Assembly (NCBI GenBank): GCA_964471485.1
Contig: CAYYGQ010000001.1
Location: 1-35,202 of the forward strand
Direction: 5' to 3'
Source of the DNA: an uncultured Sandaracinobacter sp.
Lineage (GTDB): Bacteria; Pseudomonadota; Alphaproteobacteria; Sphingomonadales; Sphingomonadaceae
DNA: 35,202 nucleotides
The notes under the pieces are model-generated. The model searched no databases. It saw only the letters and a program-made list of their open reading frames with translations, and had not been told where the DNA came from. Numbering within the stretch: position 1 is the first letter of the stretch; every line of letters begins with the position of its first letter. Shown one piece after another: positions 1 to 9,765 of this stretch. A program made the position numbers and the translations under genes.

Positions 1-345
1 GTATTGCGCCGTTTTTATCAAGTCCTTGACGTAAACAAAACCGTCGGGCAGTTTGTGTTGCATCAGCAGGCGCTGGTCTTCGTTGGAAAAGTGCTTTTCC
101 CCAAGGCAGTATCGGATCAGGCGGCAGAACGTCGACTTTCCGCTCCCATGGGGTGTGGCGCCCCTTCCATTGGTGGAAAGATCGGGCGACCAGATGATGT
201 TGACGCCGGGACGTAGCGAGATGTCCCGCAGCAGTGTCGTGGCGCCCTGCCAGAGTGCAACGCGCCTGACCCAAAGCCGTGGCCCCTGCTGGCCATCCGG
301 CAAGGTGAATTCGATCTCCTCTGGTTGGAAGAAATCAGGCTGCAA
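1..345 (-). CDS. SMC/Rad50/ABC-like P-loop ATPase, N-terminal part (runs off window start)
   Basis: Not in the ORF track. TTG at 345 has GGGAGG upstream and overlaps the stop of the 335..1003 ORF. Reads LQPDFFQPEE..PRLWVRRVALW..RDISLRPGVNIIWSPD..PHGSGKSTFCRLIRYCLGE, with Walker A GSGKST preceded by the PG(V/L)NII strand typical of SMC-like ATPases. Open to base 1. Confidence 0.75.
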   Translation of the reverse strand, partial: MQPDFFQPEEIEFTLPDGQQGPRLWVRRVALWQGATTLLRDISLRPGVNIIWSPDLSTNGRGATPHGSGKSTFCRLIRYCLGEKHFSNEDQRLLMQHKLPDGFVYVKDLIKTAQY

Positions 346-850
346 GGCGACCCTCCCGAATGAATGGCAGGATGTCGGCAGAAACCCTCGTGAGTCCCTG
401 GTCCAGGTCGACGGCCTGAAGCCTTGACCATGCGAACAGCGCTCGTCCGACGGCCGGGTCGTCAACATTCAAGGTCGATCGGTCGAGCCTCTCACCCGCG
501 CCCCATGCGTCTCCGGCCGACGACACCTCCAGAACGGCCGACGACACAAGCTCATTGTAGGCCGCGCCCCACGCTGCGTTGGTTGGCGGGACCAATTGCG
601 TCACGCCGGACGGATGCGCAACGATCCGCTGCCATTCCTGGCGATCTCCATCTGAGAGAAACGCGTCGAGCAGACTTGGTTGCAAACAGGCCAGCGTGGC
701 GAGACGCACGCGGCGGGCGTCGGAGGCCTCGGGCAGGATGCCAACCATCGCTCGAAGCTGGGCACGGACACGGTCGAGCTCATTAACACCCTGTGGCCAC
801 GCCCAAACGCCAGCGGGAATCTGCTCGAGTGGCGGGAGTTGTGTGGACAG
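335..850 (-). pseudogene. Orphan C-terminal fragment of a large protein translationally coupled to the ATPase (possibly the tail of a DNA methyltransferase/RM protein)
   Basis: Protein-like from PPLEQIPAGVWAWP to EGRLAA*. The upstream part of ORF 335..1003 is S/R-rich and overlaps an out-of-frame WYL fragment. Family identity is a recollection of gene context, not verified. Confidence 0.45.
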
Positions 851-948
851 ACGGCTTGGTGCCGCGGGTCTCGATGATCCGCGAGAGAAGGAAGTCCTTG
901 AAGCTCTGGTCGGTGAGGCAGAAGGCCCGTGCATGCCAGCGGAAACCG
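850..948 (-). pseudogene. WYL-domain (CapW/BrxR-like) regulator fragment
   Basis: Within ORF 783..1301: GFRWHARAFCLTDQSFKDFLLSRI matches the WYL-domain core (RWH.RA.C....F.DF.LSRI). No HTH or start; the flanks are unrelated. Confidence 0.7.
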
Positions 949-1003
949 GGGTGTTGCGGTGCCTCTTCTTGAACAGAGAAGTTCCACGAAGGCGAAGATT
1001 CAC

Positions 1004-1250
1004 CTACGAATACGAGGGCGTGCTGGCGCGATGTGGGGCATACTTCGAGCGAGTTTGTCGAAGAGTCCCCTCCCTCCGCCATTTCAGTCCCTGAGTGGAC
1101 ACTGCGTTTACACCACTTCCCGCTACAAGTGTCTGTAGCAGCCGGGACTTCGATCCCATGATCCCGACTTCGCCGTCTGCGACCTCGACACGCTGGGCGG
1201 GCGCACGCAGGTGGTCGCGGCGATAACCGCCGCCTTGCAGCCGGATACGG
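1004..1250 (-). pseudogene. Large serine recombinase, C-terminal remnant
   Basis: RIRLQGGGYRRDHLRAPAQRVEVADGEVGIMGSKSRLLQTLVAGSGVNAVSTQGLKWRR is the characteristic tail of sphingomonad site-specific recombinases. Catalytic domain absent; abuts cstA at ~1250. Confidence 0.7.
1068..1081 (+). other. att-like site resembling a tRNA(-Ser) 3' end (CCCTCCCTCCGCCA)
   Basis: Ends in CCGCCA and overlaps the KWRR tail of the adjacent recombinase remnant, the usual arrangement for tRNA-targeting recombinases. No full tRNA cloverleaf upstream. Confidence 0.5.
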
Positions 1251-1933
1251 TTGCCCTCGGCATGGCGCAGATCCTGTCGCGCACCATCGGCGATAATACA
1301 ATGATGGCGCTCTGGTATCATTTCGCGATTCTTTTCGAGGCGTCGCTCATTCTCACCACGGTCGATGCCGGCACGCGGGTTGCCCGGTTTATGATTCAGG
1401 ATCTGCTAGGGACGTTCGTGCCCTGGCTGAAGAACACTCGAAATTGGGGACCAGCGTCCTGACGACCGCCATTGCGGTCGGCGGCCGGGGCTGGTTCCTG
1501 TATCAGGGGGCGACCGACCCGTTAGGGGGTGTGGCCGCTGTTCGGAATCGCCAACCAGATGCTGACCGCAATTGCGCTCACCCTGTGCACGGTGGTTCTG
1601 TTCCGAATGAAGCGCGATCAATGCGCCTGGGCGACGATCGTACCCACCGGGTGACTCCTCATCTACACCCTCACCGCCGATTGGCAAAAGATGTTCCACC
1701 CAGACGCGAAGATTAGTTTCCTCTCCCACGCCAACATCTTTGCGGACGCGCCGTCTCGCGGTGAAGTGCTGGCCCCAGCAAAGAATGTCGGACAAATGCG
1801 GCAGATCATCTTCAACGACATCGTCAACGCGTCACTCTACGGCTGTTCATGGCCGTAGTCCTGACGGTGCTTTTCCATGGCATCAAGGCCATAGCCGAGG
1901 CGTACGCCGACCTCCACTACCAGGGAGATACCG
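1250..1933 (+). pseudogene. cstA: Carbon starvation protein A, 3' part, multiply frameshifted
   Basis: GMAQIL..WYHFAILFEA..ILTTVDAGTRVARFMIQDLLG, then in shifted frames DPLGG / WPLFGIANQML. No 5' half; followed by ybdD as usual. Confidence 0.85.
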
Positions 1934-2131
1934 ATGCCATGGCGTGATATTCTCAGTTATCTGCGCAGGACCGCCAATCTAATAGTCGGCGTCCCCGACT
2001 ATGACACGTATGTTGCTCATCGTCGTCAGTCGTATCCCGATAAGCCAGTCATGAGTAGAGCGAAGTTCTACAAAAACAGGGCGGAAAACAGATTGGAAGG
2101 CAGCGGAGAGGGAGTCAGCCGCCGCTGCTGA
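1934..2131 (+). CDS. ybdD: YbdD/YjiX family (DUF466) small protein, cstA-associated
   Basis: GVPDYDTYVAH....PDKPVMS...F motif directly after cstA. The C-terminus is RRC instead of the usual RCC, so it may be decaying. Confidence 0.8.
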   Translation: MPWRDILSYLRRTANLIVGVPDYDTYVAHRRQSYPDKPVMSRAKFYKNRAENRLEGSGEGVSRRC

Positions 2132-2162
2132 TAAAAATGACAAAAAAATAATAAAAATGACA
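2131..2162. repeat. Direct repeat ATAAAAATGACA x2 (20-bp period)
   Basis: Copies at 2131-2142 and 2151-2162, at the border of the lower-GC cluster. Confidence 0.8.
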
Positions 2163-2280
2163 GAAAACTGCTGCCGAACTAGATCGTTCGTTTGATTTTA
2201 GACTTGTCCAACGCTCTTTCTCATGTGCCACAAGGTTGTCGCAGAGGGTATTTCGAAATGTTGATCAATGAAGTCGGCCA

Positions 2281-2308
2281 TTGACAATTCTGTTTGAATA
2301 TATAATAT
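2281..2308 (+). promoter_or_regulatory. Putative sigma70 promoter of the flavoprotein cluster
   Basis: TTGACA at 2281-2286 and TATAATAT at 2301-2308 (16-nt spacing to TAATAT); GGAGGG RBS before ATG 2350. Confidence 0.5.
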
Positions 2309-2349
2309 GGAAAAAAGATAAGAAAATTAAACTGGAGGGAGGGGATCAA

Positions 2350-3543
2350 ATGTTGCCATATAACGTTGATCGACGTCACCTGATTCGCGGCTCGATGGCT
2401 CTTGGTGGTATTGGTCTATTGGGCTTGTCGTCGCCAGGTTTCTCAAAGCCCAGAAATGGCGGGCTTGCGCGTGCACATCGACCATTGGTGCCAATACGCG
2501 CACGTCCAGACAGGGTATTCAATACCACCGTTTGCCTGCGCCCCTTTCGTGAGGCGGGCCCTCGCATTGAAGCCGAGCAGATCGGCGACACGTTAGTCAT
2601 CCATAACTATGGTCACGGTGCTTCCGGCTGGTCGCTGTCGTGGGGTTCTGCCAATCTGGCGCTCCAAAAAGCGCTGGCAAACAGTCCCACGCATATCGCG
2701 GTGATAGGTTGTGGCGTGATCGGCCTTACATCTGCCATCATGGCGCAGCGTGCGGGAGCGCAGGTCACCATCTATGCGCGAGATCTTCTTCCCCAGACGC
2801 GATCAAGCCGGGCGCAGGCATTTTGGGGGCCAGGAGGCGCTGGTGGGGTCAAAGATGTGGTGGCCCCAGGCTACGTCGATCAGATGGAGCAGATGGCACG
2901 CTTTTCTTTCAGGACGTTTGTGCAATACGGCGGATTCCCCGGCATGCCGGTAGAATGGCGGGACCAATATGCGCTTTCTGACACTCCATTTGATGAGGGG
3001 GGGGGCGCTTCAGAGGCTTCTGAAGAGCCAGAATTCGCTAATTATGGCTCAAGGCTCACGGATCTTACTCCGCGTCCTGTAGATCTTGCGAATGACTCCA
3101 ACCCTTTTCCAGTTAAATTTGCTCGTCGCTCCGAAAGCATGGTGTTCAATATACCGGAGTTCTCTCACCTGCTGATGAGAGATTTTTATACAGCCGGCGG
3201 ACGGTTTGTTCGAAAAGTCTTTCACACGCCTAATGATCTTACTGAACTTCCTGAGAAAACGGTAATTAACTGCCCGGGCTATGAAGCGCGTCAATGGTGG
3301 CGCGATACTACCATTACGCCAAGGAGGGGGCAGATAAGCTGGCTAGTTCCTCAGTCCGAGGTTGACTACGGCTTAAATTATAAAGGTGTGCTCGTTACGT
3401 CTCGTCGAGACAGTATTGGCGTACAAGGTCATTTTGGTGGAGACTGGAACAACAGTAGCGAGCTTCCTGATCGGTCCGAAACCGATCGTTCAATAGCTAT
3501 ATTGGCCGAACTGTTCTCTCGCTTTCGCATTCAGCGGTCTTGA
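2350..3543 (+). CDS. Tat-exported FAD-dependent oxidoreductase, D-amino-acid oxidase family, circularly permuted
   Basis: DRRHLI twin-arginine leader. CLRPFR and VIHNYGHGASGWSLSWG motifs precede the Rossmann AVIGCGVIGL; INCPG and RGQ follow. ATG 2350 has an RBS. Confidence 0.85.
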   Translation: MLPYNVDRRHLIRGSMALGGIGLLGLSSPGFSKPRNGGLARAHRPLVPIRARPDRVFNTTVCLRPFREAGPRIEAEQIGDTLVIHNYGHGASGWSLSWGSANLALQKALANSPTHIAVIGCGVIGLTSAIMAQRAGAQVTIYARDLLPQTRSSRAQAFWGPGGAGGVKDVVAPGYVDQMEQMARFSFRTFVQYGGFPGMPVEWRDQYALSDTPFDEGGGASEASEEPEFANYGSRLTDLTPRPVDLANDSNPFPVKFARRSESMVFNIPEFSHLLMRDFYTAGGRFVRKVFHTPNDLTELPEKTVINCPGYEARQWWRDTTITPRRGQISWLVPQSEVDYGLNYKGVLVTSRRDSIGVQGHFGGDWNNSSELPDRSETDRSIAILAELFSRFRIQRS

Positions 3544-3648
3544 TCCGAGGACTGGCATTCGATGTCCTGAGTCTTGTGTATTGATTGACGTTGTGATGAG
3601 CCACGCGACGGTATGAATTAGCCGTATTTCGGAGGAGTTAAGAACGCG

Positions 3649-4092
3649 ATGAGGATTATAATCTTGTCTGCTCTCTCTGTGCTTGCTGTCACAGCTGGCA
3701 TCTCACGTGCGCAGGACGTGCCAGAACCGGCAAGGGCTGTACCCTATACTGAAGCTCAAGCCAGTCGGGGAGAAGCGCAGTTCGCCGAAAGTTGTGCCGC
3801 CTGCCATGGCTCGGAACTTCGTGGAACGGGCGATGTGCCCGCGTTAGCCGGTGGTCTATTTGTCTCTGGTTGGACGGGGCAAACCCTAGGTACTCTTTTC
3901 GACCGAATTCACGACACCATGCCGCAGGAGGCCCCAGCGTCGCTTAGCCGTGAGCAATATGCTGATATTTTGGCCTATATACTGCACATGAATGGGTATC
4001 CCGCCGGCGAGAAAGAATTGAGCGAGCAGAGTGAATCGTTGAATGCGATTTCGCTTGTGCCGCCACCAATGGCAAAGTCGGCAAGAAATTGA
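3649..4092 (+). CDS. Periplasmic monoheme cytochrome c
   Basis: Sec signal peptide, CAACHG heme motif, distal TMP Met ligand, ILAYIL..NG tail; GGAGG RBS. Confidence 0.9.
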   Translation: MRIIILSALSVLAVTAGISRAQDVPEPARAVPYTEAQASRGEAQFAESCAACHGSELRGTGDVPALAGGLFVSGWTGQTLGTLFDRIHDTMPQEAPASLSREQYADILAYILHMNGYPAGEKELSEQSESLNAISLVPPPMAKSARN

Positions 4093-4266
4093 AATGAAGG
4101 CATCTTTGGACGACATTTGCAGGAGAAAATAGATTGATTTTATGAAATAATTTTTTATTGATGTGTTTGTAACCGTGAATAGTAAATCATCTTGGATCGA
4201 GATAAATATATCCGAACAAAAATGGTGATTTTACATTATAAATTTTTCTGGGAAGGGAGGATAGTT

Positions 4267-7080
4267 ATGGCAAAGAGCTTTTATAGAGGAAGTGTGCTGC
4301 TCGCTGGTTCGGCGACGATCCTTTTAATATCAACGTCATCGGTTGCTCAGTCTTTGGACTTTGCCGAAGATTCTAATGACCAGGTGGACGGAGGGTCTGT
4401 AATCGTGGTTACGGGCACCCGTGTGGTGCGAGACGGCTATAACGCGCCTACTCCTACGACTGTTGTTGGCACGGCGGAAATCAACGCGAAGGCACCGTCA
4501 AATTTGGCGGACTTTGTGAACGATCTCCCCGCGCTCTCTGGAAGTACGACTCCACGTACCACCATTGCTTCGATTAGTGCGGGCACGGGCGGTCTCAATG
4601 CTCTCAATCTGCGAAATCTTGGATTGAATCGTACGCTTGTTCTGCTTGACGGCCAACGTGTGGGCGCTTCAACCATTACGGGAATGGTTGACATCAACCA
4701 GTTTCCGCAAGGGTTGGTGCAGCGAGTTGACGTGGTTACGGGCGGCGCTTCGGCGAGCTGGGGGTCGGATGCTGTGGCGGGCGTCGTTAACTTCGTGCTC
4801 GATAAAACATACGAGGGCTTAAAGGGCGACATCCAGGGGGGGATCACGACCTATGGGGATGACGCAAACTTCAAGGTATCGCTTACGGCGGGGACCGGAT
4901 TTTCCGGCGGCCGTGGGCATATAATTCTCAATGGCGAGATCGCGCACAACGAAGGCATTCGCGGAATTGGAAGCCGAGCATGGTATAATGGGAGAAAGAT
5001 TTTCTTTAACCCAGCATACACATCGACGAATGGATTGGCCGAAGTCCTCGTGCGTGACGAGACGGGTTTTAGGACCCTTGCTCCAGGTGGCATTATCAAC
5101 TCTGGCCCCCTCAGCGGAACATATTTTGGCGAAGGGGGGGTGCCGTCTCAGCTGAATATCGGACCGATCGTGAGTGGTCAGTTCATGCAGGGTGGCCAGT
5201 GGGAGCATACAGACTTCGGCAAAAGCGGGTCTCTCGATCCTCGCACCTCTCGTCAGAACGCATTCGGTCGGATGAGCTATGAGCTTGCCGACAACATCGA
5301 GGCTTTTTTCCAGATTTCCTACGGTCGGGCGACGTCGAGCGCAGACTTTGGAAGTCTATATTATTTTAGCGGAATAACCATTAAGCCGGATAACGCGTTT
5401 ATTCCTGGGTCCATAGCTTCTAGTGTGACTGCGCCATTTCAACTTGGCACTTCGAATCACGACTTAGGTTATTCCGTTATTAACTCAGACCGTTCCTCGT
5501 GGCGACCAGTGGTTGGCATGCGTGGCGGATTTGATGCAATGGGCACGAATTGGTCTTGGGATTTGTATGCACAAAGAACTTCGACTCGCAGTTACATCGA
5601 AGCGAATCTCACGGTTAATCCCAATCTCCAGGCAGCTATTGACGCTGTCTACGACTCAAATGGACAAATTGTCTGCCGATCTACTTTGATTAACCCAAAT
5701 AACGGATGCGTACCATACAATGTCTTTGGGACGAACGTGAACGGTCAGGACGTTAGAGATTATGTAAATGGTACCGCTTGGGGTATAACGAAGCTTCGCC
5801 AAGACGTTGCTGCGGTAAATATAACCGGCGACCCTTTCTCGACTTGGGCTGGTCCGGTGTCGCTTGCCCTTGGTGTAGAACATCGACGTGAAAAAGTATC
5901 TGGAAGCAATGATCCTCTTTCCGATACTCGTTCGTATTTTGCAGGAAATTATCGCTCAACATTTGGATCTTACAGTGTGACGGAGGGCTACGCGGAGGCC
6001 GTTATACCGCTTGCCAATGGACAAACCTTCGCTCAATCCTTTGATCTGAATCTTGCGGTTCGCGCGACTGAATATAGCCTTTCTGGCTTCGTCACCACCT
6101 GGAAGGTTGGCGTAATCTACCAGCCTGTCGATGATTTAACGCTCAGGGTAACTCGCTCGCGAGACATTCGTGCGCCAAATCATGCGGAATTGTTCCAACA
6201 GAACCAGAGCGTACTATTTACGTATGCAGATCCTTTTAGGAATAATATCCCTACTACATTTTTTAATGTTACCTCTGGCAACCTTGGACTTAAGCCGGAG
6301 AAGGCTGACACTTGGGGTATTGGCGCCGTCGTACAGCCACAGTTTTTTAGCGGGTTTGCCGCGTCGGTTGATTACTATCGGATTGATATAAGTGATGCGG
6401 TTGGGAGCGTCAATTATCAGACGTCAATTGACCAATGTTTTGGTGGAAAAGAATTGTTCTGCAGCAATATTGTGCGCGACTCCTCTGGTGTAATCACACA
6501 GGTTCTAAGCCGGCCGATGAACATGGCTAGCCAAGTCGCTAGCGGCTTAGACTTTGAGGCCAGCTACCGGACTCCTTTCGATAACCTGATTGGCGGAATG
6601 GACGGTAACTTTATAATTAGAGCGATGGCGACACACAACATAAAGAATGTTATAGATAATGGTATTAGTACACCTGTTGATTCTGTAAACGGACGAACGC
6701 TTCCCCGTTGGAGCTATTTTGGCAGCATTGGCTGGGATAGCGAAAGATGGAGTCTTCAAGCGACGGCCCGCGGGTTCAGCAGCGGGATGCTTAATCCGGA
6801 CTACATACAATGCTCTACCGGCTGCCCGGTATCGACCGCAGATCGTCGAACCGTTGATGGTGATATCCGCATTCCTGCGGCCGTGTATTTTGGCCTCAAT
6901 ACTTCTGTTAAGTTGGTTTCTGGAGCTGACGTTTATCTGTCGGTCGATAATGTGTTGAATAAGGATCCGGCGCAGATCGCATATGGAACTTCGATCGGAG
7001 GACCTCCGATGCCTCTTAGCGCCGCTCTCTATGATACGCTAGGCCGGCGGTTCCGCCTTGGGTTGAGATTTGAGCTTTAG
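4267..7080 (+). CDS. TonB-dependent receptor
   Basis: Signal peptide, IVVTGTR TonB box, NLRNLG..RTLVLLDG, RVDVVTGGASA.WGSDAVAGVVNF plug, C-terminal GRRFRLGLRFEL beta-strand. ATG 4267 follows GGGAGG. Confidence 0.95.
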   Translation: MAKSFYRGSVLLAGSATILLISTSSVAQSLDFAEDSNDQVDGGSVIVVTGTRVVRDGYNAPTPTTVVGTAEINAKAPSNLADFVNDLPALSGSTTPRTTIASISAGTGGLNALNLRNLGLNRTLVLLDGQRVGASTITGMVDINQFPQGLVQRVDVVTGGASASWGSDAVAGVVNFVLDKTYEGLKGDIQGGITTYGDDANFKVSLTAGTGFSGGRGHIILNGEIAHNEGIRGIGSRAWYNGRKIFFNPAYTSTNGLAEVLVRDETGFRTLAPGGIINSGPLSGTYFGEGGVPSQLNIGPIVSGQFMQGGQWEHTDFGKSGSLDPRTSRQNAFGRMSYELADNIEAFFQISYGRATSSADFGSLYYFSGITIKPDNAFIPGSIASSVTAPFQLGTSNHDLGYSVINSDRSSWRPVVGMRGGFDAMGTNWSWDLYAQRTSTRSYIEANLTVNPNLQAAIDAVYDSNGQIVCRSTLINPNNGCVPYNVFGTNVNGQDVRDYVNGTAWGITKLRQDVAAVNITGDPFSTWAGPVSLALGVEHRREKVSGSNDPLSDTRSYFAGNYRSTFGSYSVTEGYAEAVIPLANGQTFAQSFDLNLAVRATEYSLSGFVTTWKVGVIYQPVDDLTLRVTRSRDIRAPNHAELFQQNQSVLFTYADPFRNNIPTTFFNVTSGNLGLKPEKADTWGIGAVVQPQFFSGFAASVDYYRIDISDAVGSVNYQTSIDQCFGGKELFCSNIVRDSSGVITQVLSRPMNMASQVASGLDFEASYRTPFDNLIGGMDGNFIIRAMATHNIKNVIDNGISTPVDSVNGRTLPRWSYFGSIGWDSERWSLQATARGFSSGMLNPDYIQCSTGCPVSTADRRTVDGDIRIPAAVYFGLNTSVKLVSGADVYLSVDNVLNKDPAQIAYGTSIGGPPMPLSAALYDTLGRRFRLGLRFEL

Positions 7081-7389
7081 GAGCTGATCTTTCGACGCAC
7101 TTATCACCATGATTCAAGGGGGTTTGGGCCTCTTCTAGTGAAGAAGGGACGAACATGAGGCCCAGACTCCTCCTTGACAAAATCGTTTGAGCGAGTGATT
7201 CCGCGCCGTTAGATATGGGTCCCACCGTATTTTGACCACCAGTTTCGGCTACTGAGGTCAATAAAGGATTTAGAGCGGATTCCACTCATTCCAGTTCATA
7301 TCTGCACGCACCGAAGCAGCTGGCGCATTCGTCGGGCTGGAAGCTGCCGGCGAGCTTGCCGATCAGGCCCAAAAGGCCGCTGACGGTTC

Positions 7390-7708
7390 GGCTTGATACG
7401 CACGATCATTTCATCGAGATGTCAGACGAAATCTGCGCGACTTCGGCGCTTCGGGATGTTGGCGGCGATCGCCGGCCCAAACTTGTTGCCCGGCAACAGA
7501 CAGTCCCGCAGGTGGTGTCGATCCCGCGTTCCGCAAGCATTTCCCCGACATCGCGCAGGCTGGTAGTGAACCGGAAATAGAGCCAAACTGCGAGCCGGAT
7601 CATGTCGGGGGAAAACCTGTGGCGCTTGAACGAAATAGGCCCCATGCTCGTCTCTATAACAGCTGATCGCGGGATTCGGAGACAAGTTGGCGTTAGACTG
7701 ACAGTCTC
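7390..7708 (-). mobile_element. IS6-family remnant (left end plus frameshifted transposase 5' part)
   Basis: From ATG 7645: SFKRHRFSPDMIRLAVWLYFRFTTSLRDVGEMLAERGID; shifted frames give NKFGPAIA and HLDEMIVRI. Degenerate IR GAGACTGTCAGTCTAAC ends at 7708. Confidence 0.85.
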
Positions 7709-8245
7709 CGTCACTTCATCATAAATTATTGATGTAAAATAAATTTTATTCTGGCCATAAGCCCGGATTTCCGGTCCTTCCCGGTCCATTCGCACCCTGG
7801 AGAACGGGCCGGATTCGGGAAACTCCGGACTTCTCCCGCATTTTTCTCCCGGCGCCTTTCACGTGCTGTCAAGTCAGAACCTGCTGCCCCGGAGTAACCC
7901 GGAGCCGACAGAAACGAGCCGTCCCCGCCGGTCGTTGAGCGCGGCATTAATCTGGTCTGGTCGCGATCAACGCCGTTTGGATATTCCAGGGCGCCGCCGC
8001 TGCTCGATCCAGCCCAACGGGATGGCATCGGATTGCCGCGGCAGCGCCATCCCCCCAAGGCGAACTCGATTCCTGGACAGAGGCGCCAGAGAGCCGGCTG
8101 TCGCCGATCATTCTGCCGGATGCGTTTTCGCGGTCGCCCTGGCGGGCCCTGCGCGATAGATTTTCTTTCTTTGCGATGCTGCACTTTCCGCCGCGCAGGC
8201 GATCCGGGCGGTCCATGATCGGTCTGCAAACGACGAGCAGGGTAC

Positions 8246-8470
8246 TGTACGGAAAAAAACGGCGCTGGTGATGGGCGGATCGAACGGCACCGGCCTTGCC
8301 GCCACGCGAATGTTGCAGCACATGGCGCCCGGCTTCCATCATGGGCAGTTTGCGGGCCCGGCTCGATCGGGCACGGGCGGAACTTGGCGGATATGCCGCG
8401 ATCCGGGGCGATGCGCCGTGGCGGCCGATCTTGCCCGGATGCGCGACGCTGCTCAAGGACTGGGCCGCCG
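8246..8470 (+). pseudogene. Short-chain dehydrogenase (SDR) N-terminal remnant
   Basis: Across frames: GK(K)TALVMGGSNGTGLAATRML..., RLDRARAELG..AIRGD, ADLARM, a degenerate TGGxxGIG Rossmann start. No catalytic YxxxK part. Confidence 0.6.
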
Positions 8471-8610
8471 ACGGGCTGACCGCAACAGCGGCCGACTCTG
8501 GCCGGCAGCGAGACCAGCCCGTCCGAGCCTGGCTGTCCTGCCGGGCCATCGGCGCCATTCTCGCCGGACGCGCGCCGTCGGGATCCGGCATCGCGGCCGG
8601 CCCGTAAAAT

Positions 8611-8712
8611 TTTTTTCCGCGCCGATAGAAAAACTCATTCCCAAAAATTGCCCCCCCTCCCTAGGCATGATGCGGTCATCCGATGAGGGCCGCCGTGTCT
8701 CTGAATCCGCTT
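8611..8712 (+). promoter_or_regulatory. cys promoter/leader, copy 1 (upstream of cysD)
   Basis: TTTTTTCCGCGCCGATAGAAAAACTCATT matches 12561-12589 at 28/29 positions; gap-free similarity continues to GTGTCT. Confidence 0.8.
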
Positions 8713-9765
8713 CACGCATCTTCGCTCCTTCCCCAACGATCGAGAACCGTCCCCGTGCTGCCGGATGTCCGGCGCGACAGAGCGGAAACGGAGATTGGCC
8801 GTGGGCGGGTCCGCCATGATCCCGGCCTGGTGGGACGGCCGGCGAACGGCCCTGGCGCGCGCCTCACCCATCTCGAACGGCTTGAGGCCGAAAGCATCCA
8901 CATCTTCCGCGAAGTGGCGGCCGAATCCGAAAACCCGGTGCTGCTCTATTCGGTCGGCAAGGATTCGGCGGTGTTGCTGCATCTGGCGCGCAAGGCCTTC
9001 TATCCGGCGCCGCCGCCCTTCCCGCTGCTGCACGTCGATACCACATGGAAATTCAAGGCCATGTACGAACTCCGCGACCGCATGGCGCGGGAAAGCGGCA
9101 TGGAACTGCTGGTCCACCAGAACCCCGAGGCGAAGGCGCGCGGCATCAACCCGTTCGACCATGGCGCCCTGCACACCGACCTCTGGAAGACCGAAGGGCT
9201 GAAGCAGGCGCTCGACCTTTATGGCTTCGACGCCGCCTTCGGCGGCGCGCGGCGCGACGAGGAAAAAAGCCGCGCCAAGGAACGAATCTTTTCCTTCCGC
9301 ACCAACAGCCACGGCTGGGATCCGAAGAACCAGCGGCCGGAACTGTGGGATCTCTATAATGCGCGGAAAAACAAGGGCGAAAGCATTCGCGTCTTCCCCA
9401 TCTCCAACTGGACCGAACTGGATATCTGGCAATATATCCAGTTGAACGACGTGCCGGTGGTGCCGCTTTATTTCGCGGCGAAGCGGCCGACCTATGTGCA
9501 CGAGGGCCAGATCTTCATGGCCGACGACCTGCCGCGCCTGCAAAAGACGCTGGGGCGGAAAGTCGATGTCGTCGAACGCTCGATCCGCTTCCGGACGCTT
9601 GGCTGCTTCCCGCTGACGGCGGCCGTCGAAAGCGAAGCGTCGACCCTTGGCGAAGTGATCCAGGAGACGCTGCTGGCCACCAGTTCCGAGCGCGCCGGCC
9701 GGGTGATCGACCGCGATTCCGGCGGCGCCGGCATGGAGAAGAAAAAGCGCGAGGGCTATTTCTGA
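8695..9765 (+). CDS. cysD: Sulfate adenylyltransferase subunit 2
   Basis: [56 protein letters not shown]. Start placed at GTG 8695 by alignment with the cysJ leader; start uncertain. Confidence 0.95.
   Translation: MSLNPLHASSLLPQRSRTVPVLPDVRRDRAETEIGRGRVRHDPGLVGRPANGPGARLTHLERLEAESIHIFREVAAESENPVLLYSVGKDSAVLLHLARKAFYPAPPPFPLLHVDTTWKFKAMYELRDRMARESGMELLVHQNPEAKARGINPFDHGALHTDLWKTEGLKQALDLYGFDAAFGGARRDEEKSRAKERIFSFRTNSHGWDPKNQRPELWDLYNARKNKGESIRVFPISNWTELDIWQYIQLNDVPVVPLYFAAKRPTYVHEGQIFMADDLPRLQKTLGRKVDVVERSIRFRTLGCFPLTAAVESEASTLGEVIQETLLATSSERAGRVIDRDSGGAGMEKKKREGYF

Noticed and set aside
1-42. Possible IS terminus interrupting the ATPase at the window edge
   Set aside because: The AT-richer stretch is suggestive, but the frame stays open and too little sequence is visible to identify an IR.
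2120-2134. TGC-TGA-TAA at the end of DUF466 as a possible Cys-Sec terminus (the family has selenoprotein members)
   Set aside because: The register matches RCC mutated to RRC, the downstream sequence is A-rich with no SECIS-like hairpin, and the partner cstA is a pseudogene.
7726-8240. Several overlapping ORFs between the IS6 and SDR remnants
   Set aside because: No recognisable motif, RBS or codon pattern; probably decayed DNA.
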